DNA from: Mobula hypostoma
Lineage: Eukaryota
Assembly (NCBI RefSeq): GCF_963921235.1
Contig: NC_086102.1
Span: 44,392,001 to 44,456,000 of the forward strand
Direction of reading: 5' to 3'
Length of the DNA: 64,000 nucleotides
The notes beneath the pieces are model-generated. The model saw only the letters and a list, made by a program, of their open reading frames with translations, was not told the origin of the DNA and searched no databases. Made by a program: the position numbers and the translations under genes. Below, piece after piece: positions 13,138 through 23,600 of this stretch (the first letter of the stretch is position 1; each line of letters opens with the position of its first letter).

Positions 13138-14207
13138 AAACACACACAAAATGCTGGAGGAACTCAGCAGACCAGGCAATATCTATGGAAATGAATAATG
13201 AGTCGACGTTTCGGGCTGAGACCCTTCATCAGGACTGGAAAAGAAAGATGAGAAGTCAGAGTAAGAAGCTGGGAGGAATGGAAGAAGCACAAGATAGCAG
13301 GTGATAGATGAAACCACAGGGCGAGGGGTGAACGAAAGAGGAGGTAAGTTGATAGCTGAAAGAGATACAGGACTGAAGGAAGGGGAATCTGACAGAAGGT
13401 TATGAAAGAAAGGGAAGGAGGAGCACCAGAGGGAGGGGCTGGGCAGATGAGGAGATAGGACAGAGAGGGAAACAGGAATGGAGAATGGAGAAGGGTGAGG
13501 GGGCATTACAGGAAGCTCGAGAAATGGATGTTCATACCATCAGGTTGGAGGCTACCCAGACGAATTATAAAGTGTTGCTCCTCTAACCTGACTGTGGCCT
13601 CATCACGACATGCCCGAATGGGAATGGGAAGTAGAATTGAAACGGAAAACCACCAGGAGATCCCACTTTTTCTGGTGAACAGAACAAAGGTGCTCAGTGA
13701 TGCCTTCTCCCAATCTCCATCTGGTTTCACCAATACACAGGAGACCACACCAGGAGCACCAGATACAGTAGATGGCCCCAACAAACTCATAGGTGAAATT
13801 TAGTTTCACCTGGAAGGGCTGTTTGGGGATCTGAATGGCTGTAAGAGAGGAGGTGTAGTACAGTAGTTGCTCCACCAGACTCACAGGTGAAATGTCGCCT
13901 CATCTGGAAGGACTGTTGGGAGCTGTATATGGTAGTGAGGGAGGTGGTGTGGGAATAGGTGTGGCACTTGTTCCGCTTGCAAGGATCAGTGTCAGGAGGA
14001 AGATCAGTGGGGAGGGATATGTGGATGAGGGAGTCGTGTAGGGAGCCATCCCTGCAGAAGTTTAAAAGGGGGGGGGGTGGGATGAGGGAAAGATGTGCTC
14101 GGTGGTGGGATAGCACCAAGCCTGACCTGCTGGGTTTCTCCAGTACTTTGTGTGTTTTACCTTGGTTATCCAGCATCTGCAGGTTTGCTCGTGTGATTTA
14201 TTTGTTG
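13138..14207 (-). mobile_element. Penelope-like element: GIY-YIG end of ORF, 3' pLTR, and an inverted partial pLTR at the other end
   Basis: Minus-strand AIYCIWCSWCGLLCIGET..EHL..RLEEQHFIIRLGSLQPDGMNI (GIY-YIG), plus the PCKRNKCHT Cys-rich linker. pLTR at 13138-13240; inverted pLTR piece at 14120-14207. Confidence 0.88.
13201..13236 (-). ncRNA. Minimal type I hammerhead ribozyme motif (intact core) in a Penelope pLTR
   Basis: Minus strand: AGUC-CUGAUGA-A-GGGU(CUCA)GCCC-GAAA-C-GUC-GACU. Stem I is AGUC/GACU, stem II is GGGU/GCCC, stem III is the loop-less palindrome ACGU. Predicted GUC cleavage between 13205 and 13204. Confidence 0.8.
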
Positions 14208-14234
14208 TTCATTCAAACAAGATCCATTACTGGA

Positions 14235-15338
14235 TCTGTTACAGCCCAGTCCATTGGTAAAGCCCTCCCCACTGTTGAGCACATCTACACAAGAGGTTGT
14301 CACAGGAAAGCACCCCTACCATCCAGGAGTAGGAGAGCCTCAGGACCTATACCACCAGGTTGAGGAACAGTTATTACCCCTCAACCCTCAGGCTCTTGAA
14401 CCAGAGGGGATAACTTCAATCAACTTCATTTCATCCCATAGTGGAACTGTTCCTAAAACCTATGGACTCACTTTCAAGGACTCTTCAACCCATGTTCTCC
14501 ACAGGTATTGCTTATTTATCATTATTTTTTTCTTTTTGTATTTGCAGTTTGTTGTCTTTTGCACATGGGTTGTTTGTCTTGTTGTGTGTGCTTTTTCATT
14601 GATTCTACTCTTCTTCTTCCTCATGTGCCTTGCACGTTACACGCTTGGGAGATCATGGCTCTCCACACCGAACGATCCCTCTCAGTGTCAATGACATCTC
14701 GCACACTTAGATCTGTTAGCTCTTTCACAGTGTCCATATATTTTCTTCTTTGCCTTCCTCTTCCACATTTCCCAGGCATATGGCCTTGTAATGTAAGGCA
14801 TTCCATTTCTCCCTTTCCGATGACATGGCCCAGGAATTTAAGTTTCCTCTCATTTAATGTTCTCATTAAAAATCTTTTTGTATGGGCATGTTGGAATACT
14901 GTCTCATTAGTTACCCTATCTCTATATGATATTTTCAGCATTCTTCTAAGAAACCAAATTTCTGTTGCTTCTAAGTTTCTTTGGAGCTCTGGTGTTATAG
15001 TCCATGTTTCAGAAGCATACAGCAAGATTGGCCAGATGTAACATTTTAGTAGCCTAAGCCTTGTTGTCATAGAAATGTGTCTGTTGGTAAAAATGGGTTT
15101 CATTCTTTGGAAGTTGGTTTTGGCAATGCAATTCTTCTTTTTATTTCTACTTTACTTCCAGTATCTTGTGATATAAAACTACCAAGGTAATTAAAGCTGG
15201 TCTTTTGTTCAATCTCTTAGTTACTGATGTACAATTGGTTCTATTATGGCATGTTAAATCTACTGTGAACACCTGAAAAAAAAACGTCAGGGTAGTATAT
15301 GGTGAGATATACTTTCTTGATAAGAAATTTACTTTGAA
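14235..15338 (+). mobile_element. Rex1-type LINE 3' end, split by an RTE insertion
   Basis: KALPTVEHIYTRGCHRKA.. followed by a UTR ending taagaaatttactttgaac; same family as 30290-30630 and 44450-44840. Confidence 0.75.
14608..15238 (-). mobile_element. RTE-clade LINE 3' part, 5-bp TSD TTCTA
   Basis: ORF 14621-15103 (RLRLLKCYIWPILLYASETW..FLRRMLKISYRDRVTNE..LKFLGHV..GRGRQRRKYMD); (GAA)n tail; TTCTA at 14603-14607 and 15239-15243. Confidence 0.9.
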
Positions 15339-15365
15339 CGGTTAGATGCAGTGGAGGCTACATAT

Positions 15366-15535
15366 TAGATAGATAGATAGATAGACATACTTTAGTGATC
15401 CCGAGGGAAATTGGGTTTCGTTACAGCTGCACCAACCAAGAATAGAGCATAAATATAGCAATACAAAAACCACAAACAATCAAACAACAATGTGCAAACT
15501 ATGCCAGATGGAAATAAGTCCAGGACCAGCGTATT
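15366..15535 (-). mobile_element. Rex1-type LINE 3' tail with (ATCT)n
   Basis: Minus strand ctggtcctggacttatttcc...gtaacgaaacccaatttccctcgggatcactaaagtatg resembles the tail at 9465-9600; (AGAT)n on plus at 15366-15385. Confidence 0.7.
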
Positions 15536-16004
15536 GTGGCGTACACAACGGTGAGGAGTGTTCCGATGTCCTGGATAGTCTAACCATACATCACCTTTGA
15601 TGTACCAGACTACCATATTACTTCAGGTAATCCTTAGCTACCCTGGACACCCACCTGAAAAGGGCTCCCAGGATCTTGCTATAACAATTATATCACCTCA
15701 AGCAAAATTTGAGTGCAGGCACAGCTTTGCAGTGTAAAGCCATGTACTTAATGTAGAACATTTGAATGGAATTTGAAAGGAAAGATAAACACAAGGGTGT
15801 GCATGAGAAAGGGCTAGACACAAGGAGCCCCAGCACAGATTTTATCATACGTCACACCCAGCAACAATGCAGCTGTTGGAAATGGTCAGTTTTGGGAAGA
15901 TTTAAGGTGAGTGGGATACAAAGTTATCAATTAAGAGGGAAAGTAACAAATTAAAGGAAATCACTTATAGGAGATCGAAATTAGAACATTAATGGATGGA
16001 ACAC

Positions 16005-16095
16005 ACACAAAATCCTGCCTGTCCTTCTGAATCCCTCCAGCATTTTATGTGTGTTGCTCAGATTTCTAGCATCTGCAGATTTTCTCTTGTTTGTG
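16005..16095. mobile_element. Penelope pLTR fragments lacking the ribozyme core
   Basis: acacacacaaaat followed by tccctccagcattttatgtgtgttgctcagatttctagcatctgcagattttctc. Confidence 0.65.
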
Positions 16096-16446
16096 ATTAG
16101 ATTAATGGATGCCTTAGACTCCCCAGCAGCAGCTCAGGCAAGGTCAGGTCCCCTTCAACTGCATACACCCTCAGCCCTTCTTTTCAGGCCTGAGGATTTA
16201 GATTGCATATGTGTAGGAATATTCCATGCAAACAGGGCATATATTAAAGCCTGCTGTTCAATGTCTTTGTGCTGTCTTGGTGATTGCTGTGTATGTACAA
16301 AATGCGCACAGAGAATCTGGGTCTAATTTAAACTGGCTCCAAATTTTATAAAATTCTGTTGCACAGCAAGTATGGGTGACTCCAACATTACAGGATGGGG
16401 AGGGAATTTCCGTTTTTAGAAAGTAGACTGTAATAGCGATTTTCTA

Positions 16447-16996
16447 TGTAACGCACCATAATGTTTCATACTAATGTAATGGTTTCTCTATAGCTGCAGT
16501 GTTTGCGTTATGGCTAGAGATAACAGGGACTTCGGAATGTGCTTTGGCCAATGAGGGGAGATGTTTCTCTTGTGTGTCCGAGCGAAGGTTTGCGGTCTTT
16601 CGTTCGGCAGAAGATGGAGAGAGAAGATGCAGAACCGGGAAGTCATAGTCTGCAGGACGGAGTGGACGTGGAATGGGGTCGGGAGTCGATGCCTGAGGAG
16701 AAAATTGATGGAGGAGCAACAGACGGGAAAACCATGAGCGCCAACATTGTGCATTAGACTATTCCATGAGAATGGGCTGTTTTTCTTTTTTACTTCTTTA
16801 CTAACCCTATAGTCAAATTAAGAATTATAAAGCTCAATCATTTAATTGCATATTGTGTGCTGTTTGTTATTTTGTGGTACTGATTTGTAACAGGGGACAC
16901 ATCATACAGCATCCACCCAAACAGATTGCTCAAGTTTGGCTGGGCTGGAGGCCGTCTTCCCCTAGATTAAGCCGCTACCCGAAACTGAGGGTTATA
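16447..16996 (+). mobile_element. Solo LTR (Gypsy/ERV-type), 4-bp TSD TCTA
   Basis: Termini TGTAAC...GTTATA (GTTACA with one C>T); TCTA at 16443-16446 and 16997-17000; 550 bp. Strand is inferred from an A-rich polyA-signal-like region near 16815-16830. Confidence 0.75.
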
Positions 16997-17246
16997 TCTA
17001 TAATTCAAGCACCTCTGCATGCATCAAGCAATGGGAGTTGGAAAAAAAATGATTATTTGTTTATTCATTCTTCACAAATTTTTTGGCAGCCAATTTATTC
17101 CACATCTAAATCTTGTGGTAGTGATTTGCAAATTCTATAGGACAGACTTCCGTTATCTGAATAGCTGTAGTACAGGGCTTGGTTGCTGACAAACAAGAGA
17201 GGCCATGGAGTATTAATGCTCATGAAATACATACTTCATCTGGAGC

Positions 17247-17342
17247 AACACACACAAAAAGTGCTGGTGAATGCAGCAGGCCAGGCAGCATCTATAGGAA
17301 GAGGTACAGTCGACGTTTTGGGCCGAGACCCTTCGTCAGGAG
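17247..17342 (-). mobile_element. Penelope pLTR fragment with a hammerhead carrying G12A
   Basis: Minus strand CUGACGA-A-GGGUCUCGGCCC-AAAA-C-GUC-GACUG; same pLTR subfamily as 45789-45910. Confidence 0.8.
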
Positions 17343-18079
17343 GCTGATTTACCATTGTCGCATTACATTTAACTCTTTGTTTCCTTCCACCATACAAACT
17401 GGAACTGCAAAGATGTCTGCTTAGCTGTCTGAGTTTCTAGGGCAGCCTGTTCCATGTCGTGGAATGACTTGGAAGCAGCTTACATTATTAGTACCACTGT
17501 AAGTCTGAGGCTAATGATGCACAGACAAATTTCTCAAGGAGGAGTCTGTGTGATGCTGAATGTATTTTTATAGCATCATTTGCGGTAAGGGAAACATCAC
17601 AGCATTGTTTTGGATCTTTATACTTTTCCACATCAGAGATGCATATCCCTGGAATCTGGCCCCAGATGTAACACATTATTCTGACCCTTGTAATGCAAAT
17701 TGCTATTGCAGCCAACTGCCTTAAATTATGCATCACGTCTGGGATTAATTCTAAAGAAGCCACTGCCCATAAAATCAACTTTATTGAAGTTTCAGTACAG
17801 GAAAAATAAATAAGCAGAAACACATTTTAATAAGCTTGATGCACTGTATACATCTACAGAGCTAATGGGAAATTCTGTCACTTTTTAAATATATGGGCCA
17901 AGTAAAATTATGTAATACCCTCAAGTACAGAATACTCCAAACTTGTATTCCAATGTGCTTCAAAGTATGTGAAATCATTGTTATAGCATCGTTGCTAAAA
18001 TTCGTTGCTTTGGCAATGAGATGGTTCTACGTTAGAAGTTTGATATGCGTGCATCACATAAAGAAATGATACTGGCTAT

Positions 18080-20230
18080 CACAGTAAAGCCAAAAGTGAG
18101 AGAGGAGCTGGCCAAAATTGATTAGAAGGGGCACTAGCAGAGATAAGGGCAGAGTAGCAATGGCTGGAGTTTCTGGGAGGAATTCAGAAGATGCATGATA
18201 GATACATCCCAAAGAAGAACTAGTATTCGAAAGTCAGGATGACACAACTGTGGCTGACAAGAGAAGTTGAAGCTACATAAAAGTGAAAAAGTTTATATAT
18301 TATAGACAAAAATTAGTGGGAAGTTAAACGATTGGGAAACTTTTAAAAACCAACAGAAGGCAACTAAAAAGTCATGGGGGGAAAGATGAAATATTGCTAA
18401 CCAACAATATCTAAGAGGATACCAGAAGGTTTTTCAGATAAATAAAGTACAAGAGAGGCAAGAGTGGATATTGGATAGCTGGAAAATAACAGTGGAGAGG
18501 AAGTAATGGAGATGCCGGATGAACTGAAAAAGTATTTTGCACCAGTCTTCATTGTGGAGGACTCTAGCAGTATGCTGGAATTCTGAGTGTGTCAGTGGGC
18601 AAAAGCGAGTGCAGTAGCTATTGCTAGAGAAAAGGTGCTTAGGAAACTGAAAGGTCTGAAGGTAGGTAAATCACCTGGATTAGATTGATGGCACCCCAGG
18701 GTTCGGAAGGAAGTAGCTGAAGGGACTATGGAAGTATTAGTAATGATCTTTCAAGAATCACTAGATTCTGGAATGGTTCCGGAGGATTGGAAAATTGCAA
18801 ATGTCACCTCACTCTTCAAGAAGGGAAGGAGGCAGATGAAAGGAAATTATAGGCCAGTTAGCCTGGCCTCAGCAGTTGGGAAGATGTTGGAGTCAATTGT
18901 TAAGGGTGTGGTTTTGCGGTACTTGGAAGCACGTGGTAAAATAGGCCAAGGTCAGCATGGTTTCCTTAAGGGAAAGTCTTGCCTGATAAATCTGTTAGAA
19001 TTCTTTGAGGAAATAACAAGCAGAATAGACAAAGGAGAATCGGTGGATGTTCTGTACTTGGATTTTCAGAAGGCCTTTGACAAGTTGCTGGACATGAGGC
19101 TGCTTAACAAACTTAGAATCTTGGTATTGCTGGGAAGTTACTAGAATGGATAAATCAGTGCCTGATTGGCAGGAGGCAAAGTGGGAATAGAGGGCGTCTT
19201 TTCTGACTGACTGCTGGTGACTTGTGGTGCTCCACAGGGGTTAGTTTTGGGCTAATTTCTTTCTTTGTGGTATGCCCATGATTTGAATGACGAAATTGAT
19301 GGCTTTGTGGCCAATATGGTGGAGGTGCAGGTAGTGTTGAGGAAGCAGGGAGGCTGTAGAAAGATCTGGACGAATTAGGAGAATGGTCAAAGTGGCAGAC
19401 GGAATACAATGTCAGGAAGTGCATGGTCATGCATTTTGATAGAAGCAATAAAAGTATAGACTATTTTCCAAATGGGGAGAAAATTTCAAAAAAAATTAGG
19501 AGGTGAAAAGGGTCTCGGGAGTCTTCATGCAGTGTTTCCTAAAGGTTAATTTGTAAGGTGAATCAGTAATGAGGAAGGCAAATGTAATTTCAGCATTCAT
19601 TTCAAGAAGACTAGAACATAAAAGGAAGGATGTAATGTTGAGGCTTTTTACGGCACTGGTGAGGCCTCACTTGGAGCATTGTGAGCAGTTTTGGGCCCCT
19701 TATTTAAAAAAGGGATGTACTGACATTGAAATGGGTTCAGAGGAGGTCCATGAGAATGATGCTGGGAATGAAAGTCTTATCGTATTAGGAAGGATTGATT
19801 GATCCGGGCCTTTACTCGCTAGAATTTGGAAGAATGAGAGAGGATCTCATTGAAACATATCAAATGTTGAAAGGCCTAGATAGAGTGGATATGGAGAAAA
19901 TGTTTCCACTGTTGGGGAGTCTAGGACCAGAGGGCTCAGCCTCAGAATAGAGGGACCTCCATTTAGAACAGAGATGAGGAGGAATTTCCTGAGCCAGGCT
20001 GTGGTGAATTTGTGGAATTCCTTACCGCAGGCAGCTGTAGAGGCCAAATCACTGGGTGTTTTTAAGGCAGAGGTTGATAAAGTTCTTGATTAGTCAAGGC
20101 ATGAAAGTTATGGGGAGAAGGCAGGAGAATGCACTTGAGGGGGAAATAAATCAATGTTTTGATGAAATGGCAGAACAGACTTGATGGGCCAAATAGCCTA
20201 ATTCTGCTCCGAAGGCTCATTATGGTCTTA
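18080..20230 (+). mobile_element. CR1 LINE, ~2.1 kb, 5'-truncated, degraded
   Basis: ORF 18728-19144 (EDWKIANVTSLFKKG..NYRPVSL..QHGFLKGKSCL..YLDFQKAFDK), ALVRPHLEHCEQFW, and a 3' UTR ending tatggtctta. Confidence 0.93.
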
Positions 20231-20239
20231 TTAAAAGTC

Positions 20240-20245
20240 ACCTAC
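20240..20245 (-). promoter_or_regulatory. 5' splice donor GTAGGT of the IGSF3-like exon
   Basis: ACA G|gtaggt on the minus strand; the reading frame stops (TGA) immediately after if unspliced. Confidence 0.85.
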
Positions 20246-20623
20246 CTGTCAGATTCCCCTTGGCATTGTAGGACCCCCAGTATGTGGATTCTGTGTTCGG
20301 GGTGTGACATTCATATTCCCCTGCATCTCCCAGTTGCAGCTTGGTAATGTGCAATAGGGCCGAATCTCGGTCAATTCTCTCAACGTAGACCTCCTTATTC
20401 CGCACTCTATTTGCGTACACTGCATAGGAGTAGTTTGGATCATTGGTGCTGACCATCTGGATTTGTCGCTCTGGTGCCGAAGGCAGATAGATTGACCACT
20501 CAAAGTTCTGTTGCGTGGATCCCGAGTACCCAGACACATTACACCAGATGGTTGCATGGTACCCCTCCACTCTGATCAGGGGGCCTTGCTGTACCTCAAC
20601 TCGCCTCTGAGCAGAGGACATGC
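20246..20623 (-). CDS. IGSF3: Internal coding exon (378 bp, phase 1-1) of immunoglobulin superfamily member 3 (EWI family), end of signal peptide plus first Ig-V domain
   Basis: (G)MSSAQRRVEVQQGPLIRVEGYHATIWCNVSGY..QNFEWSIYLPSAPERQIQMVST..LLHITKLQLGDAGEYECHTPNT..YWGSYNAKGNLT matches my recollection of IGSF3 Ig1 (TIWCNVSGY, WSIYLP, DAGEYECHTP). Bounded by ttcccttttgcag| and |gtaggt. Paralogs IGSF8/CD101/PTGFRN fit less well but orthology needs a search. Confidence 0.9.
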
Positions 20624-20660
20624 CTGCAAAAGGGAATGGATATAAAAACATGGTTAGAAG
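20624..20660 (-). promoter_or_regulatory. Branch point (TTCTAAC, predicted branch A at 20654), polypyrimidine tract and 3' splice AG
   Basis: Minus strand cttctaaccatgtttttatatccattcccttttgcag|GC; the CTAAC lies about 31 nt upstream of the exon. Confidence 0.7.
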
Positions 20661-20674
20661 ACAGAATATTTCTG

Positions 20675-23600
20675 GAGAACCTACTGGCTGTTGATGGAGT
20701 AGCAGCGTTCTTATAATTGCTCCTACTCTACTTAATTTACTGTTTCCAACCTGTTTTGAAAACTTACTTTTAAACGCAATATTGTTTTACAAAGAGTTGT
20801 GCCAAAGCTACAAAAAAGAAGAGGACCCTCCCGTAACTTTGGAATCTATTTTGGAGACACTTTGGAAGCATAAAAATGAACTTTCGGAGGAGTTCCAGCA
20901 GGAATTCCGGCAACTCAGCGCTAAATTTAAATGAATGGATGTAAAATTGGATTCTATTCAAAAAACTTTAAGTGAACATGATAAACAGATAGAAGAGAAT
21001 GAAGACACTTTGACAATCTTGGGTGCGAAGACTGACGACCTGGAAATGATCTGTGATAAACAGTCAAAGGTTAATGATACATTAAGACAGAAGATTATTG
21101 ACTTAGAAAATAGAAGCAGAGGAAATAACTTAAATATTCTGGGTTTTAAAGAGTTAATGGAAGGTAATCAGCCTTCGGAATTTTTTGCAAACCTTTTGGC
21201 TAAATTGTTTCTGAATATTTTAAAATCTCCACCGAAAATAGACCGAGCTCATAGATCGCCAGTATCAAGACCCCTTTCAGGAGAACAACCCCGTTCAGTA
21301 ATAATTTGTCTTCATGACTTTCAAACTAAGGAACTTTTAATTCGTGAATCTTGTTGGAAAATTATGAAGGTCAGAAGATCAGAATTGTGGAGGATTTTTC
21401 ACTTGAGGTGTTGAGTGAATGTTTCAAGTTTAAAAAAATGATGTCAGAGTGGTATAATAAAAGGTTTTAAACCCTCTCTTCGTTACCCTGCTCGTCTTAG
21501 AATCATTTTGAAAAATGGCTCTCAGAAATGGTTCCAGTCGACTCAAGAGGCGCAGGATTTCTTAATTTCCGAATCAGTATCAGAAGTTTAATTGTTCAAT
21601 AATACCTTACATAACTCTATGTTGTGTCTGCCTGGTGGATCTTTTTTTAAGAATCAGCAGTCTAACTGTTCATTACTTTCTTTTATGAACAATTGTTTTT
21701 TTCTCACTTTTGGTATACCTTCGTACCTAATTTTTTTTTGTACTTTTATTTCTTTGCTCAGAAAATTAAGGATTTAAAATTAGTAAATTTTCATTGAGTT
21801 AATACTTTCCAAATTAATATGTTCTGATTTTTCTTAGTTCTTTTTAATATTTTATACTATATTTTTTCATGAGGTTTTTTTTTAATAAGTTTAATTTTGC
21901 TCTGTTTTTTGTTATGTCTTGTTGGAATGCAGTTAGCCTTGGAAATTTTTTGGAGCTCAGCCAGTAAATTGTTTTGGGTGGGTAATGTTGGTAGGTTCAG
22001 CTGCTGACTGCCCTTTGGTCCACTTTTTTTCTTTGGGTTGGGGATGGGGGTGTTTTTTTCTTTTCTATCAGCTGTTGGTTCTCTTAGCTTCATTTGTTGC
22101 TTGGTTACTTTATCTTAAAGCTCATTGTTTGGATTTAGTATACATTACACCAGTTTTTATTCTAACCTCTCTATTAAGCAATATTTAAAATGGACCATAC
22201 TAATAATTTACTTAGATTTAATGTGAAAAGATTAAACCATCCTGTGAAACATAATAAGATATTTTATTAAGAAACTGAATGTCTCAAATTTTTTTTTACA
22301 AAAAACACATGTTCGTAAATGTGATAATTTACGTTTTTTCAGCCGTTGGAAGGGTTTATTGTTTCATTCCTTCTTTCAGGCCAAGGCTAGAGGAGTTTTG
22401 ATTCTTATAGACAATTCAGTTTCTTCTGTTCAACATAATGCAGTGTCTGATAACAATGGGCGTTTTGTTATAGTGTCAGGGAAATTAGATAATAAATTAA
22501 TGGTTTTTACTAATTTATATGCCCCAAATATAGATGATTCAGGTTTTTTTGAATGCTTTTTTTCACTTTTATGGGATGCTTTTAAGGCTTATATTAGAGG
22601 ACAAGTTATTTCTTTTACTGCAAGTGTTAAGAAAAAAGCTGATAAGGAGAGAATTGAAAAAATTAGGCCAAAAATAGCCTTTGGCTCCAGATCCTGCTTT
22701 ATATAAAAGACGTGTTGAAATTAAAACTAAATACGATCTGCTTTTAACTTATCCAATTGAAACTCAACTTTTAAAAGATAAAAGTCAGTTTTATGTTTAT
22801 GGAGATAAAATGGGTAAACTATTGGCTAACCAACTGAAGAAGTTTATAGTTAAATGCCAAATTAAAGAAATTTGTAAAGCTAAAAAAAACATCTGATCAT
22901 TTAGAAATAAATGATACTTTTAGAGAATTCTATTCTAAACTCTCTAGTTCTGATCCTCCTAAAGATAATATTATAATGAATAATTTCTTAGATTGATTAA
23001 ACAATCCTCCACTTTCTGAGGATAATCGAAAATTGTTGGATCAACCCATTTCTTATGCAGAAATTGCCGAGGTTGTTCACTCTTTGCACTCGGGGAAGGA
23101 TTCGGGTCCTGATGGATTTTCTGGAGAGTTTTATAAGGCTTTTTCCTCTTTGCTTATACCTCACTTATATTTAGTCCTTTCGGACTCTTTTAAATTAGGT
23201 AAGTTGCCACAACCTTTTTATGAAGCTTCTATTTCGCTTATTCTTAAAAAGAATAAGGTTCTAACTGAATGTTCTTCTTATAGACCAATTTCCTTACTTA
23301 ATGTTGATACTAAAATTTTATCTAAACTTTTGGCTCGTAGAATTGAAAATATTTTGCCATCTATTATTTCTGATGATCAGACTGGATTTAACAAAAATCG
23401 ATACTCCCACTTTAATATTTGTCATTTATTGACTGTTATTTATTCTCCTTCAAAAGAGATTTCAGAATGTGTGATATCCTTAGATGCTGAGAAAGCCTTT
23501 GATTGGGTTGAATGGAATTACTTATTTAAAACTTACTTTGGGCCCGATTTTATTCAATGGATTAAATTACTTTATTTATCTCCCTCCGCTCAGGTTCTTA

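Noticed and set aside
1-20245. Next IGSF3 exon (Ig domain 2)
   Set aside because: No minus-strand frame with Ig-V C/W/C spacing was found in the non-repeat stretches, so it probably lies beyond the left edge.
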